Of a DNA stretch of 64,000 nt, positions 19,328 through 27,513 are shown piece by piece. A program made the position numbers and the translations under genes. Below the pieces are notes generated by a model. The model worked only from the letters and a program-made list of their open reading frames with translations, searched no databases and had not been told where the DNA came from. The stretch comes from an uncultured Nitrospirales bacterium (GTDB lineage Bacteria; Hydrogenedentota; Hydrogenedentia; Hydrogenedentales; SCBR16-9), in contig CAZIDP010000002.1 of assembly GCA_964537975.1 (NCBI GenBank), forward strand, positions 141,529-205,528, given 5' to 3'. The stretch's first letter is position 1. Each line of letters begins with the position of its first letter.

Positions 19328-21736
19328 ATGTTTATGCGATGCAAAATGCGAGTCGTGTTTTTTGTTACTCTGGCTGTAATCCAGGCTTACCAGTTAATGG
19401 CAGATACTAATGATTACGGCCAAGTAACCTTGATGCGTGATGCGCAGGGTGTGCCACATATCTTTGCAGATAACGATTCAGATGCAATTTATGGGCTGGG
19501 TTACGCTACAGCACAGGACAGGCTTTTTCAAATGACCTTAAATTTACGTGTCATTCAAGGCCGACTGGCAGAAACTTTGGGGGATATACCGTTGCAAGGA
19601 GGCAGTAATACCGCGGCAACTTTGGACCGAAAAATGCGGATCTTTGGTTATTATAAAAACGCGCATAAAGTGTATGCAGAGATTGATCATCAAACACGAA
19701 AACTATTGCAAGCTTATGCGGCAGGAGTAAATGCTTACATTGTGGAGCTGGGAGATAATTTACCAAAATTATTCGATGATTATCACATTGAGCTGGAAAT
19801 GTGGAGTCCCGCGGATTGTATTGCATCCTGGTATCAATTGGCACGTTTTTTTGGAGGTGAAGGCCTGCATGCTACATTGCAATATCATCAGCAACAGGAA
19901 ATAGCGTCTGGTAAATTGAATGATGATGATCCAAGAATGTTAGCGCACCGATCAGGTCTCTTGGTCGATGATGACGCCGCAGTGATTCAACGTTCCGATG
20001 TGGATGATGCCTGGGTAGCAGCAATAGAGCAATTCTTACAGGAGCACAAATTGATGCGTATTGATGAAAATCCCAGGGAAACCACACCCAGCTTCAGTCA
20101 TGCCTGGGTTGTTGGCGGAGAAAAAAGTGGTACGGGTAGCGCTGTGTTATTCAGTGATCCACAGACACCGGTCCGCAACCCCTCTTTGCTATATGAATTT
20201 CATGTGCAAGGTGAAACCTTCAACACACGAGGGGTTGGGGTGGCAGGAAGCCCGGTATTGTTGATTGGCTGGAATGAGCATGTCGCCTGGGGTATGACGG
20301 CGTTGGCAGCAGACCAGGCAGATCAGTTTTTTTTACGAACCGACCCTGATAGACCAAATGCTTACGAGGTAGATGGCGAATGGCAAGAGATGACAGTTCG
20401 CACTGAAACCATCAAGATTAAAGGGGGGATTGACGAAGACTTTGTTATATGTGAAACACGATTTGGCCCAGTTGTTACGTCCCTGGCTCATGGTGTCAGG
20501 ACAGGAGAAGAAGTGGCATTGAAGCGGGTTCCCCAGGCCGATGATGGGCACGACACGCTCCAGGGGGCATTTGCCATGATGCGCTCTCGTTCGGTTGTAG
20601 AATTTATTGAAGCGATAGAAGGCTGGCGATTCCCCAGTGCCAATGCCGTCTTTGGTGATCGTGATGGTAATATTGGCTATACCCTGGTAGGCGCATTTCC
20701 TGTTCGCTCACCACATGCCGAAGGTGGGGGGCGTCTAACACAATATGGCTGGGAATCCAATCATGACTGGCAGGGTATTCTACCTGCGAGTCTGGCTCCT
20801 CGTATGACAAATCCCACCCGAGGCTACATCTTCACAGCCAATCATAGACCAATTGCTTCCTTTTATCCCTTGGACGTATTGGTTGGTTCAGTCACTCCGG
20901 GAGACAGCTTGCGCTCCTGGCGTCTGCGGCAGTTGATGGAAGATCAAGAACACATCACGCCGGAAATGGTGAAGGAAATACATTACGATACGGTAAATCC
21001 TGCCAGAAAAGCGATTGTTGAAATCGGATTATCACTTCGAGACAGGAATGTGGCGTTATCCGCTGATGCCATGAAAGCATTGGAAGTTCTTGAACTATGG
21101 CATGCCGCAGGGGCACGCAGTGCAAAAGACCAACCCGGGTATCCTGTGGCGGCCAGTATCGACCTGATGTTTCGGATTGTTCAGACATCATTATCCTTGG
21201 AATACGGTGGTGGCCAGTCTGGATTGGTAAAATTTTTGCGTGACATCTCAGACAAAATGGACACGGATGCCTATGTGCCGACAGATGATGTCATTTCGTA
21301 TATTGATTCCAATCTGGCACAGGCTTGGCGTTCAGGCAGAAACACTATTACTGATGCACGATCACAAGAAGCCCCACAACGCGGTGCCAGAGGCGCACAG
21401 GAAGCTTCCCCTGGAGCTAAGCGACTCGAATATTTTGCAACCTTGTATGGGCTGGGTTCATTAAATCCCACACGTGATGTGCCCGTCCCCGAATTAACAT
21501 GCACTGATGTGAATACGATTCGTTCTCAGGAAGGTCAGGCATTTTCCATGTGGGTACCGTTACATGATGTCGATTCGGCGTTGTCTGTTTTACCTGTGAG
21601 CAACACGGAGAATCCTGATGATGATCACTATCTGGCCTACCTGGATGCTTGGAGTAGTGGCGACATGCATCCTGCGCCCATCACACGTGCTGCGGTAGAA
21701 AAGATAGCCGTAAAGTCTGTTGTTTTAAATAAATGA
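19328..21736 (+). CDS. penicillin acylase / AHL-acylase family Ntn-hydrolase, second paralog (secreted)
   Basis: Signal peptide, then VTLMRDAQGVPHIFADNDSDAIYGLGYATAQDRLFQM. No Pro-rich tail. Confidence 0.8.
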   Translation: MFMRCKMRVVFFVTLAVIQAYQLMADTNDYGQVTLMRDAQGVPHIFADNDSDAIYGLGYATAQDRLFQMTLNLRVIQGRLAETLGDIPLQGGSNTAATLDRKMRIFGYYKNAHKVYAEIDHQTRKLLQAYAAGVNAYIVELGDNLPKLFDDYHIELEMWSPADCIASWYQLARFFGGEGLHATLQYHQQQEIASGKLNDDDPRMLAHRSGLLVDDDAAVIQRSDVDDAWVAAIEQFLQEHKLMRIDENPRETTPSFSHAWVVGGEKSGTGSAVLFSDPQTPVRNPSLLYEFHVQGETFNTRGVGVAGSPVLLIGWNEHVAWGMTALAADQADQFFLRTDPDRPNAYEVDGEWQEMTVRTETIKIKGGIDEDFVICETRFGPVVTSLAHGVRTGEEVALKRVPQADDGHDTLQGAFAMMRSRSVVEFIEAIEGWRFPSANAVFGDRDGNIGYTLVGAFPVRSPHAEGGGRLTQYGWESNHDWQGILPASLAPRMTNPTRGYIFTANHRPIASFYPLDVLVGSVTPGDSLRSWRLRQLMEDQEHITPEMVKEIHYDTVNPARKAIVEIGLSLRDRNVALSADAMKALEVLELWHAAGARSAKDQPGYPVAASIDLMFRIVQTSLSLEYGGGQSGLVKFLRDISDKMDTDAYVPTDDVISYIDSNLAQAWRSGRNTITDARSQEAPQRGARGAQEASPGAKRLEYFATLYGLGSLNPTRDVPVPELTCTDVNTIRSQEGQAFSMWVPLHDVDSALSVLPVSNTENPDDDHYLAYLDAWSSGDMHPAPITRAAVEKIAVKSVVLNK

Positions 21737-21792
21737 AGCAAGCGACATAAAAAACTCATAAGTTTAAATTCAATACAATAGTGAACTGATTT

Positions 21793-23604
21793 TCAATTCA
21801 CCTGAATATTTGATGCTTCACGGCTTTCGTGCTGGTCCATCTTTGCGACCACAAATTGAAACTGGCGCTGATATAATCCCTGGTATAAGCCTTTGTACTT
21901 GATTAGTTCCTGATGAGTACCAGATTCGACAAGCTTTCCTGACTGCAATACTATAATACTGTCAGCACTTATAATGGTAGAGAGACGGTGGGCAATAATA
22001 AATGTTGTTTTACCCACCATCAGACGTTCCATGGCATCTTGTATTAACTCCTCTGATTCCGAGTCCAGAGCTGAGGTAGGCTCATCAAGTATAATAATAC
22101 GCGGGTTCGTCAGAAATGCGCGAGCAATAGTGATTCGCTGCTTCTGTCCCCCGGAAAGAAAACCGCCGCGTTCACCGACTTCTGTGTTTAGTTTGTCAGG
22201 CAGCTCTTGTATGAATGACCAGGCATTCGCTGCCTTGCAGGCTTCAATCAAAGTCGGGTCATCGGCTTTCGGACTGCCATATAAAATATTTTCCCGGATA
22301 GTCCCGCTGAAAAGTATCGGGTCTTGCAACACCATACCGATATGCTGTCGTAATGAATTAAGTTTCAAGTCACGTACATTATGATCATCGATTAAAATCT
22401 GTCCGGAAGTAGGATCATAAAATCGTGGAATCATACTTATCAGCGTACTTTTACCCGAACCACTCGGTCCAACGATGGCTATTCGTTGCCCCGGTTCAGC
22501 AGTAAAACTGATATCACGAAGTACGGGTTCATCAGGAGTATAGGCAAAGGAGACGTTTTCAAAAGTAACCTTCCCTGTAGCCTCTTCTAATTCGATAGCG
22601 TCATTTTTTTCGACAATGTCAGACTTCTGATCCATAATCTCGAAAATACGGTCCAACGCTGCCATGGAATTGGCAAATACCACATTCAATTCAGAAAGAC
22701 GTTGTAAAGGCAAATACAACGGTCCCAGATACAAGGTAAATGCCACCAGTTGCCCTACTGTGAGTTCACCATGAATAATCCGATAGCCACCATACATCAA
22801 CACAATCAATGGAGCCAGATTCGTTAGAACACCAGTCACAAACATGTTTATGCTCTGGAAGAGATGAGTCAACATTGCCTTGGAGAAAATGCGTTCGGAA
22901 TCATTATAAAACCGCTTATCTTCACGGCCTTCCTGGGTGAATGCATGGACAACTACATTTCCCATTATTTTTTCACTGGCATTTCCAGAGAGATTCGCGA
23001 TCTCCTCCTGTACCTGATAACTCGAGGATCTGATACGTCCTTGCAACTGATGAAAGAAAAATATGTAAATCGGGAATGTCGCCAATGCGACAAAGGTCAG
23101 TGACACATCTTTGTACAATAAGATTCCGACAATAACAATTATTGCTGTGCCATCCATCCAGACATTGGTCAGAGCACTTCCCACCAGGTTTTGTGTAAGT
23201 TGTATATCACTGATTAAGCGGCTGATAATTTCGCCAGATTTATTACGGCTGAAAAATGAAGTTGACATGCGCAAAATGTTGTAGTACAGGTCACAGCGCA
23301 AATCAAATACAGAACGATGTCCAGCTTTGGCAGCAAAATAATGCCGCACAAAGACCCATGGCCCAAAAACTGTTACCAGCAACAGCATCATACCGCCTAT
23401 ATAAAACAGAAGTTCATTCCATTTCTCATCGGCACTCATCTCTGCGTTCAGAAACACATCATCAATCAGATACCCTATTATTAAAGGGATCATTAATGGC
23501 AGTGTAAACTTAACTATACCCCCTAATACAGCCAGAACGAGATAGTGGGTATACGGCTTAACGTATTTTAAAAACCGGAAAAAATTATTAGCTCTCTTTT
23601 CCAT
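21793..23604 (-). CDS. ABC exporter, fused permease/ATPase (MsbA/PvdE-like)
   Basis: 6-TM N-terminal half; Walker A GPSGSGKST, ABC signature LSGGQKQR, Walker B ILDE. Confidence 0.85.
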   Translation of the reverse strand: MEKRANNFFRFLKYVKPYTHYLVLAVLGGIVKFTLPLMIPLIIGYLIDDVFLNAEMSADEKWNELLFYIGGMMLLLVTVFGPWVFVRHYFAAKAGHRSVFDLRCDLYYNILRMSTSFFSRNKSGEIISRLISDIQLTQNLVGSALTNVWMDGTAIIVIVGILLYKDVSLTFVALATFPIYIFFFHQLQGRIRSSSYQVQEEIANLSGNASEKIMGNVVVHAFTQEGREDKRFYNDSERIFSKAMLTHLFQSINMFVTGVLTNLAPLIVLMYGGYRIIHGELTVGQLVAFTLYLGPLYLPLQRLSELNVVFANSMAALDRIFEIMDQKSDIVEKNDAIELEEATGKVTFENVSFAYTPDEPVLRDISFTAEPGQRIAIVGPSGSGKSTLISMIPRFYDPTSGQILIDDHNVRDLKLNSLRQHIGMVLQDPILFSGTIRENILYGSPKADDPTLIEACKAANAWSFIQELPDKLNTEVGERGGFLSGGQKQRITIARAFLTNPRIIILDEPTSALDSESEELIQDAMERLMVGKTTFIIAHRLSTIISADSIIVLQSGKLVESGTHQELIKYKGLYQGLYQRQFQFVVAKMDQHESREASNIQVN

Positions 23605-23879
23605 TGATATAACTCATTGAATACAGTTAAGGCGATTGGTGTAGCACAAAATTTTATTTAAAAAAATAAAATGGCATAGACCAAATGCAGATAAGGAAGA
23701 AAAGTTAGCAGCAGTAAGTAAAGCACCACATTGGATTCAGTCTACCATATGCACGAATACAATCTATAATATAAAGCAGTATTATCAGGATGCAGCACAA
23801 TTTAATTCAATTAACAATCCTATTTTTTCTAATTACCAATCTAATAGACAAATATCAGTTTATTACTGCTGCGTTTTTG

Positions 23880-25181
23880 TTAACTGTCCTGTTTATTGGC
23901 CAAAAAATGCTTGTGAAGGTCCTCAATTTGTGAGTCATCCATAGATATCAATGATCCGAGAGACATTGCATTGATTAATGAGCGTGCGGTAAATTCTGCA
24001 ACTTCAAGACGATCATAAGCTTCCAGAAGAGATGTTCCTGTAGCCATGATCGCATCATTCTCCAGTAGGATGACCGGACATTCCTCGGAAATAACCGATG
24101 CCAGCTTGTGATCCTCGGAAAATTGCGAACCATATGGAAACTTGGGGACATCACGTAACATTATGTAACTTTCCGGTATGGTGCGGGTATCAAAGATTTT
24201 CTCTGTAACACAAAAAGCGGTGACATTGTGTGCTTGTGCCGATATTATTGATTTTATATGAGGGTGTTCTTCATAAATAGTTTTGTGAAGCACAACGGAT
24301 CGGCTCGGTAACTTACCTGCCTCACGCCTGCCTTCGTTCACAAGCACTATATCTTCTTCTTCGATATGTCGCCGATCGACACCAAAAGGTGTTATGAGGA
24401 ATGAATCAGGTGTTAATCGGGTGGACAACGTGCCTTCTGTACTGGTCATGATGTGTTGTTCATAAGCGCGGTGTATGATCTCACACATGAACTTGCGTAA
24501 TTTCTTCTCTTTGTTGCTGTGACGCTCCGGCGTGTATTCCGGCAGAAAATGACGATTATGTCGGAACATTTTGATCTGCTGGTCACTGAGCACTTTGTAT
24601 TCACCAAGAATTTTAGCCTTGATTATCAGTCTGGCACAGAAGTCAAGGGTTTCGAAGCGCTGAAATGCTTGAAGCAGTGATTTACCCCCGCATACCACAC
24701 CATGGTTCTCGAGTAAAACAACGTCATAGCCGCTCTCAAAAGTTTGCGCTATCTTTTCACCCAGCTCAGGACTCCCCGGTAAGGCATAGGGTGCATAACC
24801 GACATTACCACATACTGCCTCTGCTTGCGGTAGAATGTGGGTGTTGGGAATCATCCGCACAATACTGAAAGCTACCAATGCAGCAGGATGGGCATGTATA
24901 ATTGCCTTTATATCTGGACGCGCATTGTATATAGCCTTGTGGAATGGATACTCAGATGAAGGCCGGTGCAAGCCTCGAATTTCACCATTTGACTTGACGC
25001 GTACAATATCCTGCGGGCGAAGTGTGCCCTTATCAATTCCTGCGGGGCTGATCCACATATCGTTGTTGTCGTCCAAAATTGACATATTGCCACCCGAAGT
25101 AGTGGTCATTCCGCCTGAATAGACACGGCTCATAAACATACCAATTTGATCACAGGGATGCATCAATTCATACTTCATCAT
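23880..25181 (-). CDS. tandem class II aldolase/adducin-domain protein (two fused domains)
   Basis: Two ~200-aa halves. The first carries IIHAHPAALVAFS (the HxH metal site); the second carries ISAQAHNVTAFCV, with the first His replaced. Confidence 0.65.
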   Translation of the reverse strand: MMKYELMHPCDQIGMFMSRVYSGGMTTTSGGNMSILDDNNDMWISPAGIDKGTLRPQDIVRVKSNGEIRGLHRPSSEYPFHKAIYNARPDIKAIIHAHPAALVAFSIVRMIPNTHILPQAEAVCGNVGYAPYALPGSPELGEKIAQTFESGYDVVLLENHGVVCGGKSLLQAFQRFETLDFCARLIIKAKILGEYKVLSDQQIKMFRHNRHFLPEYTPERHSNKEKKLRKFMCEIIHRAYEQHIMTSTEGTLSTRLTPDSFLITPFGVDRRHIEEEDIVLVNEGRREAGKLPSRSVVLHKTIYEEHPHIKSIISAQAHNVTAFCVTEKIFDTRTIPESYIMLRDVPKFPYGSQFSEDHKLASVISEECPVILLENDAIMATGTSLLEAYDRLEVAEFTARSLINAMSLGSLISMDDSQIEDLHKHFLANKQDS

Positions 25182-25384
25182 GGCAAATTATCCTTTATCT
25201 AAAATAAACGTATATTTTTCACTTGTCATATTCTGCAATTGAACCTTGGCTACTGGCAAGACAATTCATTAACTTGTGGAGATATAATACCAGATAATGA
25301 TGAACCAAAACATCAGCAAAAAGTGAGAATGATATGATTTGCGTCTTGAATTTGTTTTTTAACCAACGTATTTTGACAAAGTTT

Positions 25385-25942
25385 ATGTATGGGTATTGCT
25401 TGTTAATATGCTTGTTATGTGGCTGTAACCAAAGCCCGCATGATGTTGTCGCACGAGGCGAAATTGATGTATTGCTCGAAATGCTTGAGAAATCTCCAGA
25501 ACGGGTTCATGAAACCAATCACCTCGGCAAAACGCCTTTACACTACGCAGTCAGCTATAAGCAAACAGAAGGTATGACATTACTTCTAAGAAACAATGCC
25601 GATGTTGACGCACAAGACATCACAGGTATGACTCCACTGCATGTCGCAGCCATGTTGGGACGTCATGATGAAGCAGTATTGCTGTTGGAGCATGGTGCCA
25701 ACGTGCTGGTCGAAGATAAATTTGGAGACACACCGTTGCACACTGCCGCAATCCATGGTCAAGGACATATGGTTCCTGTTTTTTATCGTGCAGGCGTGAC
25801 CTTAATCCATTCTAACGCTTCAGGTAAAACACCTCTTGATTTGGCAATTAAGCACAGACATGACCGTTTGGCAAGCATGCTGGCTGAGCGTATGCAGATT
25901 GAATTATCAAATTATATTACCCCATCAACAGATAACTCTTGA
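25385..25942 (+). CDS. ankyrin-repeat lipoprotein
   Basis: Lipobox LLCGC. At least four ANK repeats (TPLHYAV..., TPLHVAAMLGRHDEAVLLLEHGANV, TPLHTAAIHGQ..., KTPLDLAIKHRHD). Confidence 0.75.
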   Translation: MYGYCLLICLLCGCNQSPHDVVARGEIDVLLEMLEKSPERVHETNHLGKTPLHYAVSYKQTEGMTLLLRNNADVDAQDITGMTPLHVAAMLGRHDEAVLLLEHGANVLVEDKFGDTPLHTAAIHGQGHMVPVFYRAGVTLIHSNASGKTPLDLAIKHRHDRLASMLAERMQIELSNYITPSTDNS

Positions 25943-25972
25943 TTTTTCATCTATGATGTTTGGCATTTCAAA

Positions 25973-26890
25973 ATGACAAGTGAAACAAAAGGTTTCATTT
26001 ATCTGGTAATTGGGATCGCTCTTTGGAGTACCGCAGAAGTGGTTATCCGGAGTGTGAACGAGGTTGTTCCGCCCATTTTTCTGGCTTGGTTCCGTTTTAC
26101 ATTGGGCGGTGTGGTCTTGCTTGGGTTGTTACCCATGGAATTGAAACGTCGCAATCTGCGCATTACACCAAAAATAGTGCTACATGCAAGCTGGATGTCA
26201 CTCCTCGGCATTGTGAGCTGCGGTATAACATTTCAAATGGCTTTAATACATGCGGGCGCTGGTGTAGTCGCGACAACATTCGGAGCCGCTCCGGTCATGG
26301 TATTTGTTTTCTCACGCATTTTTTTGGGCGACCCCATGACATGGCCCCGATTTTTGGGTGTCGTTAGCGGTTTTATTGGTATTTGCGTATTGGCCTTGAG
26401 TCAGCAATCAGCGACTTTCAGCTACATAGGCCTTGGTTATACGCTCATAAACACATTGTGTTTTGCCTTGTTTACAGTTTTTGTTAAGAAGTATGCTGGC
26501 CAGTATGGAGGATTGCCCATTACGGCACTATGTTTCTTGTTTGGTGCGGTGTACATGTTCCCGTTAATATTCTGGGAAGGCAAAACCGAAATCATATCCA
26601 GTTGGTCTGCATTTGGAGAAGTGGCAATACCGGTTACCTATCTGGCCATTGGGACAACAGGCTTTGCTTATTTATTTTATTTCATGGGGTTGGAAAAGGT
26701 CGATGCAACCAGGGCAATCAGTGTTATTTTATTAAAGCCTCCTTTGGCCACCTTATTGGCCTGGCTGACATTGAGCGAGCAGATCACCTGGAATTTGGCT
26801 CTATCAATGATGTTGATTTTGGGCGGCTTGTACATGGTCAACCTAATGAGCCGCTTACAACTTTTGAAAAAGCTGAGGCACTTTACATAA
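25973..26890 (+). CDS. DMT superfamily (EamA-like) transporter
   Basis: 10 predicted TM helices in two EamA-like halves. Confidence 0.7.
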   Translation: MTSETKGFIYLVIGIALWSTAEVVIRSVNEVVPPIFLAWFRFTLGGVVLLGLLPMELKRRNLRITPKIVLHASWMSLLGIVSCGITFQMALIHAGAGVVATTFGAAPVMVFVFSRIFLGDPMTWPRFLGVVSGFIGICVLALSQQSATFSYIGLGYTLINTLCFALFTVFVKKYAGQYGGLPITALCFLFGAVYMFPLIFWEGKTEIISSWSAFGEVAIPVTYLAIGTTGFAYLFYFMGLEKVDATRAISVILLKPPLATLLAWLTLSEQITWNLALSMMLILGGLYMVNLMSRLQLLKKLRHFT

Positions 26891-26984
26891 CTGAATATAG
26901 TAATCAAAAAATTTTGCATACCATATTTTGTGTTTTTATACAGATTTCAGTAAGATAGTTGTACGCTTGGCATGGAAAGTGAAA

Positions 26985-27449
26985 ATGGGAAACTCGAAAT
27001 CAAAGACTGTCGTGATTCATACAGACGGTGGGTGTGAACCGAATCCAGGAGTTGGCGGATGGGCAGCAGTTTTGCAATATGGTGATTCTATCAAAGAATT
27101 GTCTGGTGCACATCCTGAGACCACCAACAACCGAATGGAAATGACGGCAGCGATTGAAGCCTTAACTGCACTGAAGCGGCCTTGTCATGTGCGTTTGCAC
27201 ACCGATTCAGAATATTTGAAACGGGGCATAACTGAATGGATGCCCAATTGGAAACGTAATAATTGGCAACGGGGCAAAAAACCTGTTAAGAATCTGGACC
27301 TCTGGATGACACTTGATAATTTGGTCAGTAAGCACACAATTGAATGGTGTTGGGTAAAGGGGCATGACGGAAATGAACTGAATGAACGTTGTGATGAACT
27401 TGCAAGTGATGCAATTCGTGCATTACTCATACAACAGCAACAATGCTGA
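26985..27449 (+). CDS. rnhA: ribonuclease HI
   Basis: HTDGGCEPNPGVGGWAAVL...TNNRMEMTAAIEAL...VKGHDGNELNERCDELA is a near-canonical RnhA active-site layout (D, E, D, D). Confidence 0.9.
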   Translation: MGNSKSKTVVIHTDGGCEPNPGVGGWAAVLQYGDSIKELSGAHPETTNNRMEMTAAIEALTALKRPCHVRLHTDSEYLKRGITEWMPNWKRNNWQRGKKPVKNLDLWMTLDNLVSKHTIEWCWVKGHDGNELNERCDELASDAIRALLIQQQQC

Positions 27450-27513
27450 CTGGCACAAGAATAATTTTGCAGATATACCTGTATAACGCATCAAGTGAGG
27501 TGCTGTATCTTCT

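Noticed and set aside
23605-23879. AT-rich 275-bp intergenic region scanned for tRNA or sRNA (also 18212-18434, 19035-19327, 58401-58750)
   Set aside because: No cloverleaf-compatible inverted repeats, CRISPR-like periodic repeats or conserved RNA motifs were recognised. These are probably promoter regions.
26985-27005. MGNSKSK N-terminus of RNase HI resembling a eukaryotic N-myristoylation motif
   Set aside because: This is a short motif match in a bacterial housekeeping enzyme and is almost certainly coincidental.
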